NCBI GenBank assembly: GCA_032718475.1
Contig: JAUCBJ010009084.1
Location: 1-64,000, forward strand
DNA from: Nemertoderma westbladi
Lineage: Eukaryota > Animalia > Xenacoelomorpha
Direction of reading: 5' to 3'
Length of the DNA stretch: 64,000 nt
The notes under the pieces are model-generated. The model saw only the letters and a program-made list of their open reading frames with translations. It was not told the DNA's origin and searched no databases. Made by a program: the position numbers and the translations under genes. Each line of letters opens with the position of its first letter. The first letter of the stretch is position 1. Of this stretch, positions 51,109 to 64,000 are shown piece after piece.

Positions 51109-54100
51109 GTGACACACCCCATTCGACTCGATACCCCTACCGACTATGACTCGTGCGACCCGGACAGATCGACAGTAGACGAACCGAGAAGGAGAACCCG
51201 AGATTCTACCGATGTCACACCGTGTGCGTCACCGGTACCCCGAACGGAATTACCGGAAGCCGCAACGCGTGGCGACGGCAGAATCGAAGATTTCCTTGCC
51301 GTCCCGCAGACCAGATCGCGGGAACCGAACATGGTAAGTTCGACTGGAAGCCAGGAGAACATTATTAGGAGTATAGGAGGACACATGGCCCAGATTACTC
51401 GAAACTTCGGAGAAGGTTTTCGCCTTTTACGCGAGTTAACCGCCCCAATGTTGAGATACGAGTTCTACGCCTTACAGGTAAGGATAGAAAGTAGGGTACA
51501 TGCTTCCATAGATAAACTTAAAGGTTTACACGAACTTGCAGAGTTGCGTGGCGACAACTTTACTCAGGTAAAGATAATCGATAAGTTGGTAAGTGCGAGG
51601 GAAAGCCTCATTCAGTTTAAGTCGGTTGAAGGATCGACTCATCAAGAACAACTCAACCAACTGTTAGGTGAGTCAGTTTCGGATGCGTTGTTACAACCCG
51701 AAGAGGAAGAAGAACTATACTGCCTGGACGGGAGGTTAGGGACGCTCACCAATTTTCTTCGTAGATGCGGAGTACCGATCGAAGAACCGGAAGTTGTACC
51801 GAGAGGGACGACGGAAGTTCTATCTACGGAAGGCTCGCGAGTCTACCAAATTCCACAACTGGATAGATTGTTCGTTAGTGTACGGAGCGACGTTGGCGAC
51901 GTTGGCGACGTTAGTAGAACAGCGTCTGGAATTACTCGACAACAACAGGAGGTCGCACGCCGACAACAAGACGTCTAGGAAGAAGCGCAACGGCAGATGG
52001 CGCAGATCGCCATCGAAGGAGAAAGACAGCGCAGAGAGGATGTAGCAAAACTTGCGAAACTTCAAGTGCAGGCTGAGTTCGAAGCATCAGAGATGCGGAG
52101 ACTGGAGGAAGACTTAGCGCGAGAAGCGGCCACGGCGGCAGCAGCCAACGAGTTAGCATGACAGGCAGCAGTGGCAGCAGCCAACGAGTTAGCACGACAG
52201 GCGGCAGCTGATGAGTTAGCATGACAGGCGGGGGCTGACGAGCTAGCACGAGTTGCGGCGGTAAACGCAGCTGAGTTAGCACAGAAGAAAGCAGCATCTG
52301 ACGCTTGTGCCAAGTTGGAGGCGCGACAAATAAACACTCATTTAGCTATACAGGAAGCGGAGTAGGCAGTACAACAACAGGAAGCAGATCAACGCGAAAG
52401 GGAGATGCAGCTCCAGTTCAAACTAAATCGCAGATCGCGCGAGGCGGCGAACGCGCAAGAGGACCTCGAACTCGACGCGAGAGATCTATAAGATCTATAA
52501 GGTCTCGAGCTGGACACGACTTGTCTGCCCTGGATCGCATGGAGACTCGATATTGCGGAATTCAGAAGCGAATCGAGGAAGGAAGTGTGGGAGCGATAGA
52601 CCGAGGAGAGGAGTTCGTCAAGGATTACTGTAAACGTTTTCCCCAAGTTATTCCTATGCTCAAACCCACGACTCCAGTAAAACCGGTTATGGTTGCAAAA
52701 CCGAACGAAATATCACCCGTGCAAGGTAATAGGTTTGTTATGTCGGAATCAATTCCGCAGGCACGAGCGACTTCATCGCCGATTCTCGCAGGTAAGATAA
52801 GTAGTACACCTACTGTAAACCGTAGTTTACTTGTAGAGAGAGACGAACCTGCGTTTATGACAGTAAAACAGGTAAGTAAACCATTACAAGTTAAACCTGT
52901 GACGTGCTGCGCGAACCCAGTCATTTATAAACCTACAGTAGAGCTTAACTCTGATGTTTTTACTAAACCTCTCACCCAATGTTTATCGAGGCCTACGACT
53001 TCGTGGAAGGCTTGTGAGCCTACCGAACAACGGAGGAGGATGGATGTGGGTAGTACCCACAGGATCGAACTGAGTTCAACGAGACCTACGACTTCGTGGA
53101 AGGCTTGCGAGCCTGTCGAACAACGGGGAGCCGTTATCCCAGACCACGACGAACTCGACCAAGAATAATACGCCGGACGCAAACCCGCCAACCACCTTAT
53201 CCGGACGACAGCGACTCATCTAGCGACTTGGAATCGACGGAACGGGAAATATTCTGTACTGGAGCGGCAGCGGCAGCGGATAACAAACGGGAGGAGAGAT
53301 CAACGAACCCATACATTGACAATCCACCATGAGAAACACCCCAACAGAAACTCTCTTTGCAAAAAGCGGAAGCGATCAGCACCAACAGACTCGCCGAAAT
53401 AATGCGACCTGTAACGGACCGACTAGCTCAGATAGAAGAGCGACTCGAAGCGCAACCGTCGGATCGATCACGAACCAGCGTGGAGTTAGAACAACCTGAA
53501 CAACATCAACCACCAAGGAGAGAAAAGGAGACTAGACAGACCCCGACCCATCGAGAAGAAGATCCCGTAAATAATTCCTACCGATGAACAATGCGCGGAA
53601 GGGAGCGACTGGACGACGCCACCGAACAGGGACGCGGACAGTTGGATTTGGTTAGCGAGATTGCGAAATTCGCGGCTAGATACGGATTACCGGCACAGCA
53701 ACCACCGAAGTTCTCTGGCAACGCGAAACACTGGCACTCACTGGTAGACTACGTAGAGTCCCAGATCGCTAAGTGTGCTTTCACCTCAACGGAGAAGTTT
53801 AATTACTTGCTCCTAGTCCTGTCTGGTGAGCCGAAACGATTAGCGGAAACCTTTATTGGTGTTCCCGATTGGCATACGACCGTTTGTATTAGATTTACGG
53901 CGGTAACGTCGCCATGGCTAAATCCATTATCGAAGACCTCTGTAGAGGAGGCAGCATTTCGAAACCGATCGATCTTCTACGACTCGCGGACGAAATAAAA
54001 AACGCTATAGGGACTTTACGGTCCATTGGACAACTCGAGTACGCTAACGCACCGACGGTTCTCATCAGGATAATCGGTCGACTTCATTATCGACTCCGAC

Positions 54101-56021
54101 GAGAATGGCGACGCATCGAGTACCAGCGTGAAGAGGCCGGCGGGCTATTAAAACTCACCGACGTCTATCAACTGATTTCGCGGGAGGCCGTTATCGAGAC
54201 TCGATCGAATTATACTGATCACCATATCGCGGCAGAAGGGATAGCTATTTCTGCGCCGAATCGGACTAAACCGTTTCCGACGAACGCGAAAGCCGTTACC
54301 TACGCCACCCCTACTGAGACTTCTAATGTTCTGATGCCTATCGGCACCACGCAGCCACGACAACAGTTGCCGGCAGACTTTGTGGGATGCTCATACTGCG
54401 AGCGGAACGGCAGAAACCATAGCGGACATAAACTTCGTGGATGTCGCGCTTTTAAAGAGTTAGGAATCGAGGAGAGGAGACTCCAAATACGATCTTTAGA
54501 TTCTTGCTGGAGATGTACGAAGCCAGGACACGTCTGGAAGGATTGCCCGAGCGATGATACATGTCCTCTGTGTGGACGTAACCATGACGCGTTACTTCAC
54601 ACTACTAGTCATACTCCGACCAGACGCTTTCGACGAGAGCATCCAGATAAAGCGGCTAGATGCGACGCACTATATAAGGACCGTGCGCCGCACGAGATCC
54701 GTACGTTTTATACGGACTGCATGGATCAGTCAGGATCATCGGACGAGTACGAGGAGGAAGACGACACTTTCTATGTGCATGCAGGTGAGGAACAGCCATC
54801 GGTAACGCTCCTCACACAGAACCAATTGAAAGGGTTTAGCGTGATTCCTATAAAGATTACCGGAACCCGAGGGAGCAAGCGTATATACGCTATCTTAGAC
54901 TCTGCGTCATCACACAGTTATGTCGACGAACAAGTAGCCGACGTGGTTACGGACATGAGTCAAGATAAGACTGCTCAGTATACTGTAAGCAGCATGCATG
55001 GTAAGAGAGCGATCCCTGTGATGAGAGTGAAACTAACCTTAGACACTCTTCTTTCCAAAGCGGAACACAGCAAGGAGGAGCGCTCATTACTTTCGGTAAG
55101 AAATTTGACCTTTGCAGCTACGAAGGACTTTAGTAACTTGCTCGGCCCTGTGCCAGAGCAATCACCGGAAGATCGTAAGTATTTCTGACACCTTGGAATA
55201 CCGGAATGTCCTGTTAATTATCGTTCCATTGCGATGTTAATTGGGACAGACCAGTTTAACTTACATCAGGTATGGGAGACACACCTATCTGTTATTACAG
55301 CGGGCAACCCCTACGCATGTAGAACTCCCATAGGTTGGTATACTAGAGCACCAATACGTTCACTAGAGGTAAGTGACCAGGAGGACGATGTTTTGAGTAC
55401 GTGTAGTTTATTGACTACTACGATAGATAACTCTCCTTCACACTCCCGTGGTCCAATTGTACGGACGGCACTATGACAGACTTGCGTCGATAACGCAGAT
55501 GCCACCGATACTGACGTAACTGATCTGGACACGACCACACGGACCTCTGACTTACAACTACTTGCAGTAAACCAGGTTGTATTGACTACCGAAGACCAAA
55601 GGGTTGTTGCTGTGGATGACTCGATGAACGAGGATTTTGGAAGGCTTGCGAGCCTACCGAAAAATCCAAAGGTCATTGACCCCACCCACCAGGCTTCGAC
55701 ACCGGTCGTTGATCTAGGAAGGCTTGCGAGCCTACCGATAGATCAAGAAGTTGTCGAACCGCCACACGACGATTCGACGCCGACTAGTGACACCAGAGGG
55801 CTTGCGAGCCTACCAGACGCATTGACACTAGCCACCGCAGCGGACGAAGACGTGGACGCGGACCATGCCGCAGTGCAAGCAGCGCTTGACCGACTGCTGA
55901 CTGAACGGACCATTAAATGGTTGGAACAGGATTCAGCAGAACCCAGTAGTTACGAGACCGCTATGTCAGAACAGGAAAAATGGTCATTAAATATTAAGAG
56001 AGATACCATGAGAGAGTCCTA
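51109..56021 (+). pseudogene. gag: Element C gag-protease (multiple stops and frameshifts)
   Basis: PPKFSGN..W, CWRCTKPGHVWKDC..CPLCGRNHDALLH (BEL-type knuckles), YAILDSASSHSYV. Confidence 0.88.
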
Positions 56022-59000
56022 ATGCGTTTTAGACAAAGCAAAGTGGCTTTCACCTGTGACGTAGAGGCCATGTTTCACCAGGTTAAGGCTTTGGAGCGGG
56101 ACAGTGACAGCTTGAGGTTTCTTTGGTATCCGGATGGAAATTTAGAACTTCCGCCAGAAACTTACCAAATGCAGGTAAGAGTCTTCGGAGCCAGGGACAG
56201 CCCCAACTGCACCATGTACGCCTTAAAGCAGACCGCATTGGACAGACGAGACCAATTTGACCCAGAAGTAGTTCGGACAGTGGAACGAGATTTCTACGTG
56301 GATGATGGCCTCAAGAGTTGTGACACTTTGGAGCGCGCTACAACCGTAGCACACCAACTCCAGGATTGTCTCGCTGAGGGCGGATTCCGCCTGACGAAGC
56401 TTCCAACGAACCCGAGCTGGTGAACTCATTTGACCCGACGGATCGCAGTGGAGGTGACTTAGACTTAGACCTAGAGCCTCTACCGACGACCAAAGTATTC
56501 GGACTTAGTTGGGACCCTAACACCGACAATTTTAGGGTACGTGTAAGGTCCAACGACCAGACTAGACCTCTCACTAAGAGGCCTTGCTTATCGACCATGA
56601 GTCGATTGTATGACGCATTGTGTTTCATTAGTCCAGTGATCCTACATGCTAGGATCATACTCCGCAGCATTTGGCAAGCCGGACTGGAATGGGACGATCC
56701 CATCCCAGAAAAGTTAGCTGAGCAATGGAGGGACTGGGAAGCCAAACTGACGTTCCTACAAGACTATACCATACCAAGGGTATACTTTCCTTTGCAGACC
56801 ACCTTTCCAGCCGATTTAGAGCTTCACAGCTTTAGTGACTCTAGCAAGGATGGATTGGGGGTTACCTTATACGTTAGACGACAAGTGACATCGGACAGCT
56901 ACGATGTGTCTCTCGTTACTTCTAATGCCATTGAAGTATATGACTGTACCTCGTGGAGAGCTGCAAGCCGGGACGATATCCACCGATATTGTCAGTCTAG
57001 TTCAACGCGAGCTGGAGGCTAACTTGAAGGTCACATATTGGACGATGCGACATTGGTACTTTGGTACATAAACAACGAAGCGTTTGAGTTCAACACTTTC
57101 GTAGCCAACAGGCGGGCTGAAATATTAGACCGGTCGCTCAAACAAGATTGGCGTCACTGTCCAGGGAAGCTGAACCCAGCTGACATCGCGTCACGGGGGA
57201 TGCAACCGCTTGACTTTTGTAAACCGGACAATAAATCCTTTTGGTTTAGAGGACCCGATTTCCTACAGCGACCATCAGATGAATGGCCACCGTTATTCGA
57301 ACGCGACAACCAACACCATACCAGAGGGTGCCGAGATATCGAATCGACAAGGTTGTCAAATCTAAAGCGAAAGCCAACGCCAAGGTCAAGAGGAAACAAG
57401 GACGGACGAAATCTGATGACCTGGACGCCAGACCTGACATTACGCCTGACGTCTCACCAGACACTCGACCAGATGCTTGTACGAATCCTTCGCCGGATGT
57501 TCCGCGGGAGATTTCACCAGACGTTTCGCCGGATTGTTCACCAGATTACTCACCAGACTATTCACCAGAAGCGATACCAGATTGTTCTCCGGATTGCTCG
57601 CCAGATTGTTTTATGGAACTCTCGACAGAATGTCTACCAGACATCTCACCAGACTTTCCACCAGACATCTCGACAGACTGTCCACCAGACTTTGGACCAG
57701 ACTTTCTGACAGAAGTTACGCCAGACAGACTTTGGGACCGACAACCGGACATTTCGCTGGATGTTCCCCGCTATGTCTCACCAGACGTCTCACCAGACTG
57801 TTCACCGGACGCTTCACCAGACTCTCTACTAGACACTCCACTAGAAGACCCATTGGAGCGGACTTATAGAGACTTACCAAATTTGACTTCTTTGGACGAC
57901 AAAGGTGTGGCCACAGCGATCACACTCCGGTCAAAGAAGGTACTTGACTTACCGCCAGCAGGTAAACGTGTGACTAAAGTTAGGAAGCTTACAGGCTCAC
58001 AGGAACACACTGACACTGTAGAGTTGAAACCGTTACTGCCAGTCGACACATTAGGTGCGGACGGTAAAGGTAAGACCGTAGAGATTGACGTACTTGGGGA
58101 CTCAGACAAACCTACCGGAAGGCCCGTGGGCCTACCAAGTCCAGACAAGGATCCACAATACGACTATACTTTACCTGATGACGTCACTATCACTTACGTT
58201 GACCGGATAGTAAACCTAACTAGATCATGGACTGACGCGTGCCGCAAGTTAGCATGGCTCAAACGTTTGAGACAATATGCCAGAGGCAAACGCGACTTTC
58301 CTAGAAGACTTACCTTAAAGGAAGTTGGTCATTGTGAAGTTGATATCATTCGCCATTATCAATTGCGATATTTCGCACGAGAGTTCACAGCGATCAACCA
58401 AGGTAAACAGATTAAGTCTTCACCGATTTTGAGTTGGAGTCCTATTATTTACCGGGGTTTACTTTGCCACAAGACCAGACTCCAAAACATCGACTTTGCA
58501 CTTGACTTTAGGTATCCTATCATCATACCGCAACACCATGAATTACAGTGCGCTATGATACTGGACGCACATGTACAACTCAAACACGTGGGTAGACACC
58601 ACTGTCTATCACACTTACGTTTGAGGTTTGTACTGATTAGACCTAGTAAGGCACTGAGTTCGGTAATGCGGAACTGTATGATTTGTAAGAAGGTGCACGC
58701 AAGGATAGGACACCAAGAAATGAGTGAACTACCACTAGCGAGATTACAGGCATTTAGACCCCCTTTCACTGAGACAGGGATAGACTGTTTTGGACCCATA
58801 ATCGCGAAACGCGGAAGGGTACAGGTAAAACGTTGGGGATTGATCTTCACTTGCATGGCCAGCAGAGCTGTCCATATAGAGCGTGTGACAGATTTGACCA
58901 CCAATGCCTTTATCCTAGCCTTACGGCGATTTATCGCTAGACGTGAATTGGTCAAATCCATTTACTGCGACCAAGGGACAAACTTTGTGGGTGCACGGAA

Positions 59001-59703
59001 CGAAATAACCAGAGCTTTGAGAAAGTTGGACCAAAACCAGATTTCCGAGGAACTACGTCCTCACTGAATTGTTTGGAATTTTAATACTCCAGACAGTCCG
59101 TGGAGAGGCGGCGTTTGGGAAAGGCTGATTGGTTCAATTAAGCCAGCTATGGCTAAAGTAGTACCGACGCAACACATATTGACAGACGACCAACTGACAA
59201 CGTTGTTAATAGAAATCGAAGCGATTTTGAACACTAGACCGATCGCTTTGATCCCAGACAATAACGACACACAGTTTGCCTTGACACCAGCGCACCTGCT
59301 TATGCAGGCGCCGACGACATTGTTGCCCATTTCGGTACCCGTTGATAGCGACGGATATGGCAACAAAGCTTGGAAAATCACTCAATTGCTTGCAAATAAA
59401 TTATGGGAAATATGGCAGAAATATTATTTGCCCTCTATTTCAACCAGAACCTCTTCGTATCTAAACAAACGATGTTTGAGACGTGGTGACCACGTTTTAT
59501 TGGCTGAAGCCAATCTGAAAAGACGGTTTTGGCTGACTGGAGTCATTTTGACCACGCACCCTACATCTGGTGTAATAAGGACAGTTACTGTAAGGACTAT
59601 CGACGGACGTACAGTAGACAGACCTGTACAACGTCTCGTACTCCTTGAGGAGACTAGAAACGAGACAGGAGACTACAAATCTCCACCCAATATTAGTAAA
59701 TAG
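56022..59703 (+). pseudogene. pol: Element C pol: RT (N-terminus deleted), RNase H, integrase
   Basis: DVEAMFHQV, FYVDD, LHSFSDSS, NPADIASRG, H..H..CxxC, GIDCFGP, DQGTNF, GGVWERLI, RPVQRLV. Confidence 0.92.
57420..57850 (+). repeat. 12-bp coding repeat (xSPD/xPPD) between RNase H and integrase
   Basis: CCAGAC/CCGGAT recurring every 12 bp. Confidence 0.8.
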
Positions 59704-60369
59704 AGATGTGGGACCTTTGTTGGCCGCCACATAGACTTACCGTATTTTAGTAATTTAGTATTTTGTATTACTGTATGTGCATTTGTAATCCTCTTCACTG
59801 TAGATAGAGACAGTATCACATATGTATCACATATGTATCACATAGGAGCGGGATCGTGTGTACAGAAGGAATGGAATTCCACTTGGAACCCACAAGTGAG
59901 ACAATTTTTCAAAAATTATTAGACAAATCCATTTAGTTGGATTTAAATTTAAGAAAAATGATTCTCCAGTGAATGCGAATTCTAGAATACAACTAGATAA
60001 AAATTAAAATTGGGGAGGACAAGAGCGGATGGAAGGCTTGCGAGCCTACCGATAAATTTTTTTTGGAAAAGAAAACCGGCCTTGTTCTACGTAGTCGTGT
60101 CTACTATTATTTAGACCGAATTAATTCTCGACTGCATTATTTCTTTGGGAATGTAGTTTGGGAAATTAAAAGGTGAGTATTTTAGACTCGCGGCTAGTTT
60201 ACCCGAAATTCGTTTTTTATCGGCACAATTTTGGATTAGGAGCCAGTGCGAAATCACGCGAACCCGAAGTCATTAGGCAAATGGGTAAGGGTTTTAGAGC
60301 AAAGTTGAGCCGAAAGCCGACAAAACTCTAAGTCTCCTCACATCTAACCTCTGTTTGTGCTTCCTCTAG

Positions 60370-61058
60370 TAGACACACTACATATACAGGGATTCACGCA
60401 GGAACAGGAGCACCAGGCACCGTTTAATCGCTATGGAGCCAAAACTTTAACGTGTTTGAAGTGGAGAGTATGGCTAGGAGTACAGCCAAGCTCACTAAGT
60501 CCAAGGCGGATCCAAACATCACGCGACAGCGATTGGACGCTTATAACAAAAGAGAGGAGGAGTTACGCGCGGAGTTCAAAGCATTGTACCCCTACGATGC
60601 GTTATGCGACGCCAGCGACGTTTGCGAGAACCCCGAGCTGATATTAGCGCGTTGCCCAAACCACCAAAGTCTGCATTACCAAGAAGGCGGTCGTTTCATT
60701 TCCCGGTATTCTAGAACCGCAGGCAACTCGACGTAGGAACCACCGACAGCTCAACACCGAAGTCCGAGTCCAGTTCGATCCCGACCACCACCCAATCGTA
60801 TTAGAGGATGTGGACGAGCCCGTTCAACCAAGGATTAGGAGAGCGAGATGAAGGAAGGAAGGCTTGCGAGCCTACCGATTGGATATTATATTTGGATATT
60901 ATATTTGGTATTGTATTGGACGTTACGTTTGGATGTTGGTTTTGGAGGAGCGAGATAGAGAAGGAAGGCCTGCGAGCCTACCGTTAGCAATTAGTGCTCA
61001 GGAGAAGACATCCAGACCAGCAGGACGAACTTTTCAGATCGTCAGGAGGACACTTTAA
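60370..61058 (+). pseudogene. Remnant of the accessory ORF of element C, homologous to the N-terminus of the element A accessory protein
   Basis: QGFTQEQEHQAPFNRYGAK vs RGFTAREEAELPFARPGCK; LRAEFKALYPYDALCDASDVCENPE vs LRKEYRTRYPYDFALDVCDISADPD. Confidence 0.7.
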
Positions 61059-61240
61059 GACTTATTTGAAAGATTTTAGCGCCTTATGTTTATTTTATTT
61101 TTGAACTGATTTAATTTGGTGGAAGTTTATTATGTATATTTACAATATAAAGATTTATTGAAAGAGTTGAAATTATTTGTTCAATTTGTTTTGATTTAAT
61201 TTGTTCTGATTTGTTTAAATGGAATATCTTATTGCTCCAA

Positions 61241-61822
61241 TGTGAGGCCATGGAATACTCTAGAAGATTCTAGTAGATTCTATGTCCCAGATTTAGTATA
61301 TAAAGGGCTGGTTTGCATTCGGTTATCACTTCTCTTCACTACTACTCCTTGTAAAACATTCTCACACTTAATTCATTTGTTAACTTTAGTTTCTTGTTGA
61401 AACTTTGCAATTCTGTTTTGATAAAGTCGTAAACTGTAAATATAATACAAACTTCTGAACATGTTTTTCTGTATTTGTCCAACCTTGGGACAGTAAAGCA
61501 TCAGGAAAATGGCCGCCTAGACCGTTAGGCCATCAGCAACGCAGGGAAAGGATGTCCACAACACGCTAGCACCCACATTAGCTTAGACCGCGCACCCCCT
61601 TCGCCCTTCGGAATACTCCACTTGCCATGCAGCGCCCGCTTTATGAGGAAGGTAAGACTTTGTTTGACGCCCTTGCCCGACGTAAGACCTAATAGATCAG
61701 GGTAAGCGTGACACCGTCCTGGGACGCCGCAAATTTAGGATCAAATAACTATATTTTAGGCAGAAACCCCCCCCCCCCCCCCTTCAGTAGTACGAATCCC
61801 TGGGTTACCTGTATACCTCACA
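61241..61822 (+). repeat. Putative LTR (582 bp)
   Basis: TGTGAGG...CCTCACA inverted termini, TATATAAA ~61297; no clear PPT, PBS or TSD. Confidence 0.45.
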
Positions 61823-63171
61823 GGTGCGAATTATTGCCGTTCGTCAGTACGCGAGTACACATTAGGTACGGACAGCATATGTTCCATAATTTAGTGATTC
61901 GCAGTACTGACTGTTTGGTACCGGTTCGCTTTGTAGAATATACATTAGTACCCCCCCCCCCCCCCCCCACCTGCCTGAAGTTGGTTATTTGATCAGGCAA
62001 GGAGCATTTCTGCTACCGGCACACCGCTTGGCCTAGGGAGGTTTTTATTAATATCCTACCACGCCTTGCCACATACTGATAGGTATTGCTGCTAACTACC
62101 GCGGCAACAAAGTTCTAGAATTAAATTTGTATACCAGATCAGCTAACGTATGGTAGCAATTAATCCCTATTTCTTATCTTACAACCAGAATCTGGTATTT
62201 GTGCCGATCACGGGTGTAGTTACTAACACCGTGGTTGCCCAGTTGAGTTGTGGATAGGAAGGAGAGAGCTTTGACGTTATTTGTAAGTATAAAGCTCTAC
62301 AAAACGCGACTAGCTTATTTTAGTAGCTAGCGCACGGTATTATTTCGGTCAGAGAATTACTAAAACCTAGTAAATGATATACACCAAAATTGTTTTATTG
62401 TAACACACCCACACACACACGCCCTAAAACATATTTACCCTTAGAGTTTCTACTAGTTATAGCGCACTTTAGATTACTTTTAGGTATAAATTATCTGAAT
62501 TTGTAAATTAGGATCAGATATTTAGTTACGGCAAGAAGGAGTATTTCATTTCGTTATTAAACTGTTGTTTTCTGCGCAGCAGTATTGTTACATTTAGGCA
62601 CGACCTTTTAGACTGATTTCGTACAGGGGGATCAGTTATCGTTACATTAAGGCACGACCTTTTTTAGGCTGATTCAGACAGGGAGATCAGTATTGTTACG
62701 CTAGGGCTGTAACCCACCTAGCTCGTATATAAACCATATAAATCACACCGCGGCAAGTTACTGTATTTAGGACTGTCAGCGATAGTTAGGATTCGCTGCG
62801 CGGGGCTTGTTTTCCCGTGAGTTTGGTCTGTTACTGTAACTGTACATCTGCCATACCGGTTAGAGGACAGGTATCCTTTTGTCTAGTTCGTAGGCATTAG
62901 ACCCGCCCACGTACATAGAATAGACACCAGGCTCTGCTCCTCGCCAGTAGTAGTTTGTGTATTGTATCTGTTTGCTTAGATATCCTGGACTGGGATTTGT
63001 TGTCAGATACTGTACGAGCCCGTTTCATTACTAGAGACTTACAGTAAGATATATCATTACTAGGATCTGGTAAGCGGTATACTACTGGACTTTACGGATA
63101 GAGATATTATATAGCTTCGTATTAGTAGATTGTAGGCTGTAGGGTAGTCCCTATCGTAGAGGACACAACAG

Positions 63172-63730
63172 TCATATTTATAACTTCTATCCCACTCCAT
63201 GAGATAGAGAATCTTAAATGAACGTCAAAAGAACAGGTAACACTTACATTTATAGAAGTAATCAGCTGTTATTAGCTATGTCTTTCCGCTGGAGATGGAT
63301 GAATTTTGATTGCGTTGGAACACCCCCTATCTGTGGCTGTCTGAGTGGAGAGATAGGTAGCCTATCTCCCTGTTAATATTGCTGTGTTCTAGAATATTTT
63401 TTATAGTTTCATCGTATTGCCAAAGTTACTAGAGCTGAAGTTAACTCATAATACAATAATTCACCTCAAATATCTCAGCTATTTCATGAACATAATGAAG
63501 TATTAAAGCCATGTCAAAATCCTTGGTATTTTTCTGTAATAATTTATCAAAATATCCTGTGATTCTTTACTATAACCATATCGATTTTAATATTTATAAC
63601 TTCTATAACTTCTATAACGAGATAGATAATCTTAAATGAAAATCAAAAGAACAGGTAACACTTATATTTATAGATGTAATCAGTTGTTATTTGCTACGTT
63701 TTTCCGCTGGAAATGGATTAATTTTGATTG
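63172..63730 (-). repeat. Diverged, inverted copies of the ~416-bp satellite
   Basis: Reverse complement of the monomer (~1.3 units). Confidence 0.9.
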
Positions 63731-64000
63731 TTTTGATTGAATTTTGACTTCGTCGTCCATCCAGTCGCACTGGCGTCCGTAATGTCCCCGAAAGTTACAC
63801 TTCGAACATCGGTTATGCAACCGTGGACATGCCCCCATCCTGTGGCTCGACTCGCGGCAATAGAGACAACTAGTCCCTTTCTGGAACCGGTACAAACACC
63901 TGCTTTCCTGATGGGTCTGTCTCCCACAGTAGTCACAGCCGAGCACCAATGTCTCCCGCCCCACGTCGTCTTTCGTCCCAAGCGATCTCCGCGGTCTGTG
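63731..64000 (-). pseudogene. Triple CCHC zinc-knuckle coding fragment (runs off the window, truncated by satellite)
   Basis: CDYCGRQTHQESRC, CLYCRESSHRMGAC, CSKCNFRGHYGRQC (all Cx2Cx4Hx4C). Confidence 0.75.

Larger units (their letters stand above)
50850..63170 (+). mobile_element. BEL/Pao LTR retrotransposon family C (degenerate; 5' LTR missing)
   Basis: gag-PR-RT-RH-IN order followed by an accessory ORF remnant and an LTR-like segment; boundaries approximate. Confidence 0.85.

Overview
Eukaryotic, heterochromatin-like window (probably invertebrate; host not identifiable from sequence) with no recognisable host gene. It is a patchwork of three BEL/Pao LTR-retrotransposon families: A at 1-15064 (+) with an inverted partial copy at 45758-49054, B at 20575-30843 (-), and C at ~50850-63170 (+). 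It also holds a ~416-bp satellite (with an 8-monomer ~3.33-kb higher-order repeat next to an assembly gap) and nested non-autonomous DNA elements (piggyBac-like TTAA elements, a MULE/foldback-like MITE). Main observation: the BEL/Pao elements carry an extra ORF in the env position, just inside the 3' LTR. In A and B it encodes a DEDDy (WRN/EXD2/Mut-7, DNA_pol_A_exo1-like) 3'-5' exonuclease; C retains a homologous N-terminal remnant. Young element B has lost RT/RNase H/integrase but keeps gag-protease and the exonuclease. Other observations: a 20-nt hairpin scattered 8 times through element C in different reading frames, a satellite monomer resembling an amplified exon-intron-exon-intron unit, and no canonical tRNA PBS after any LTR. 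All protein assignments are by-eye motif recognition, not database searches.
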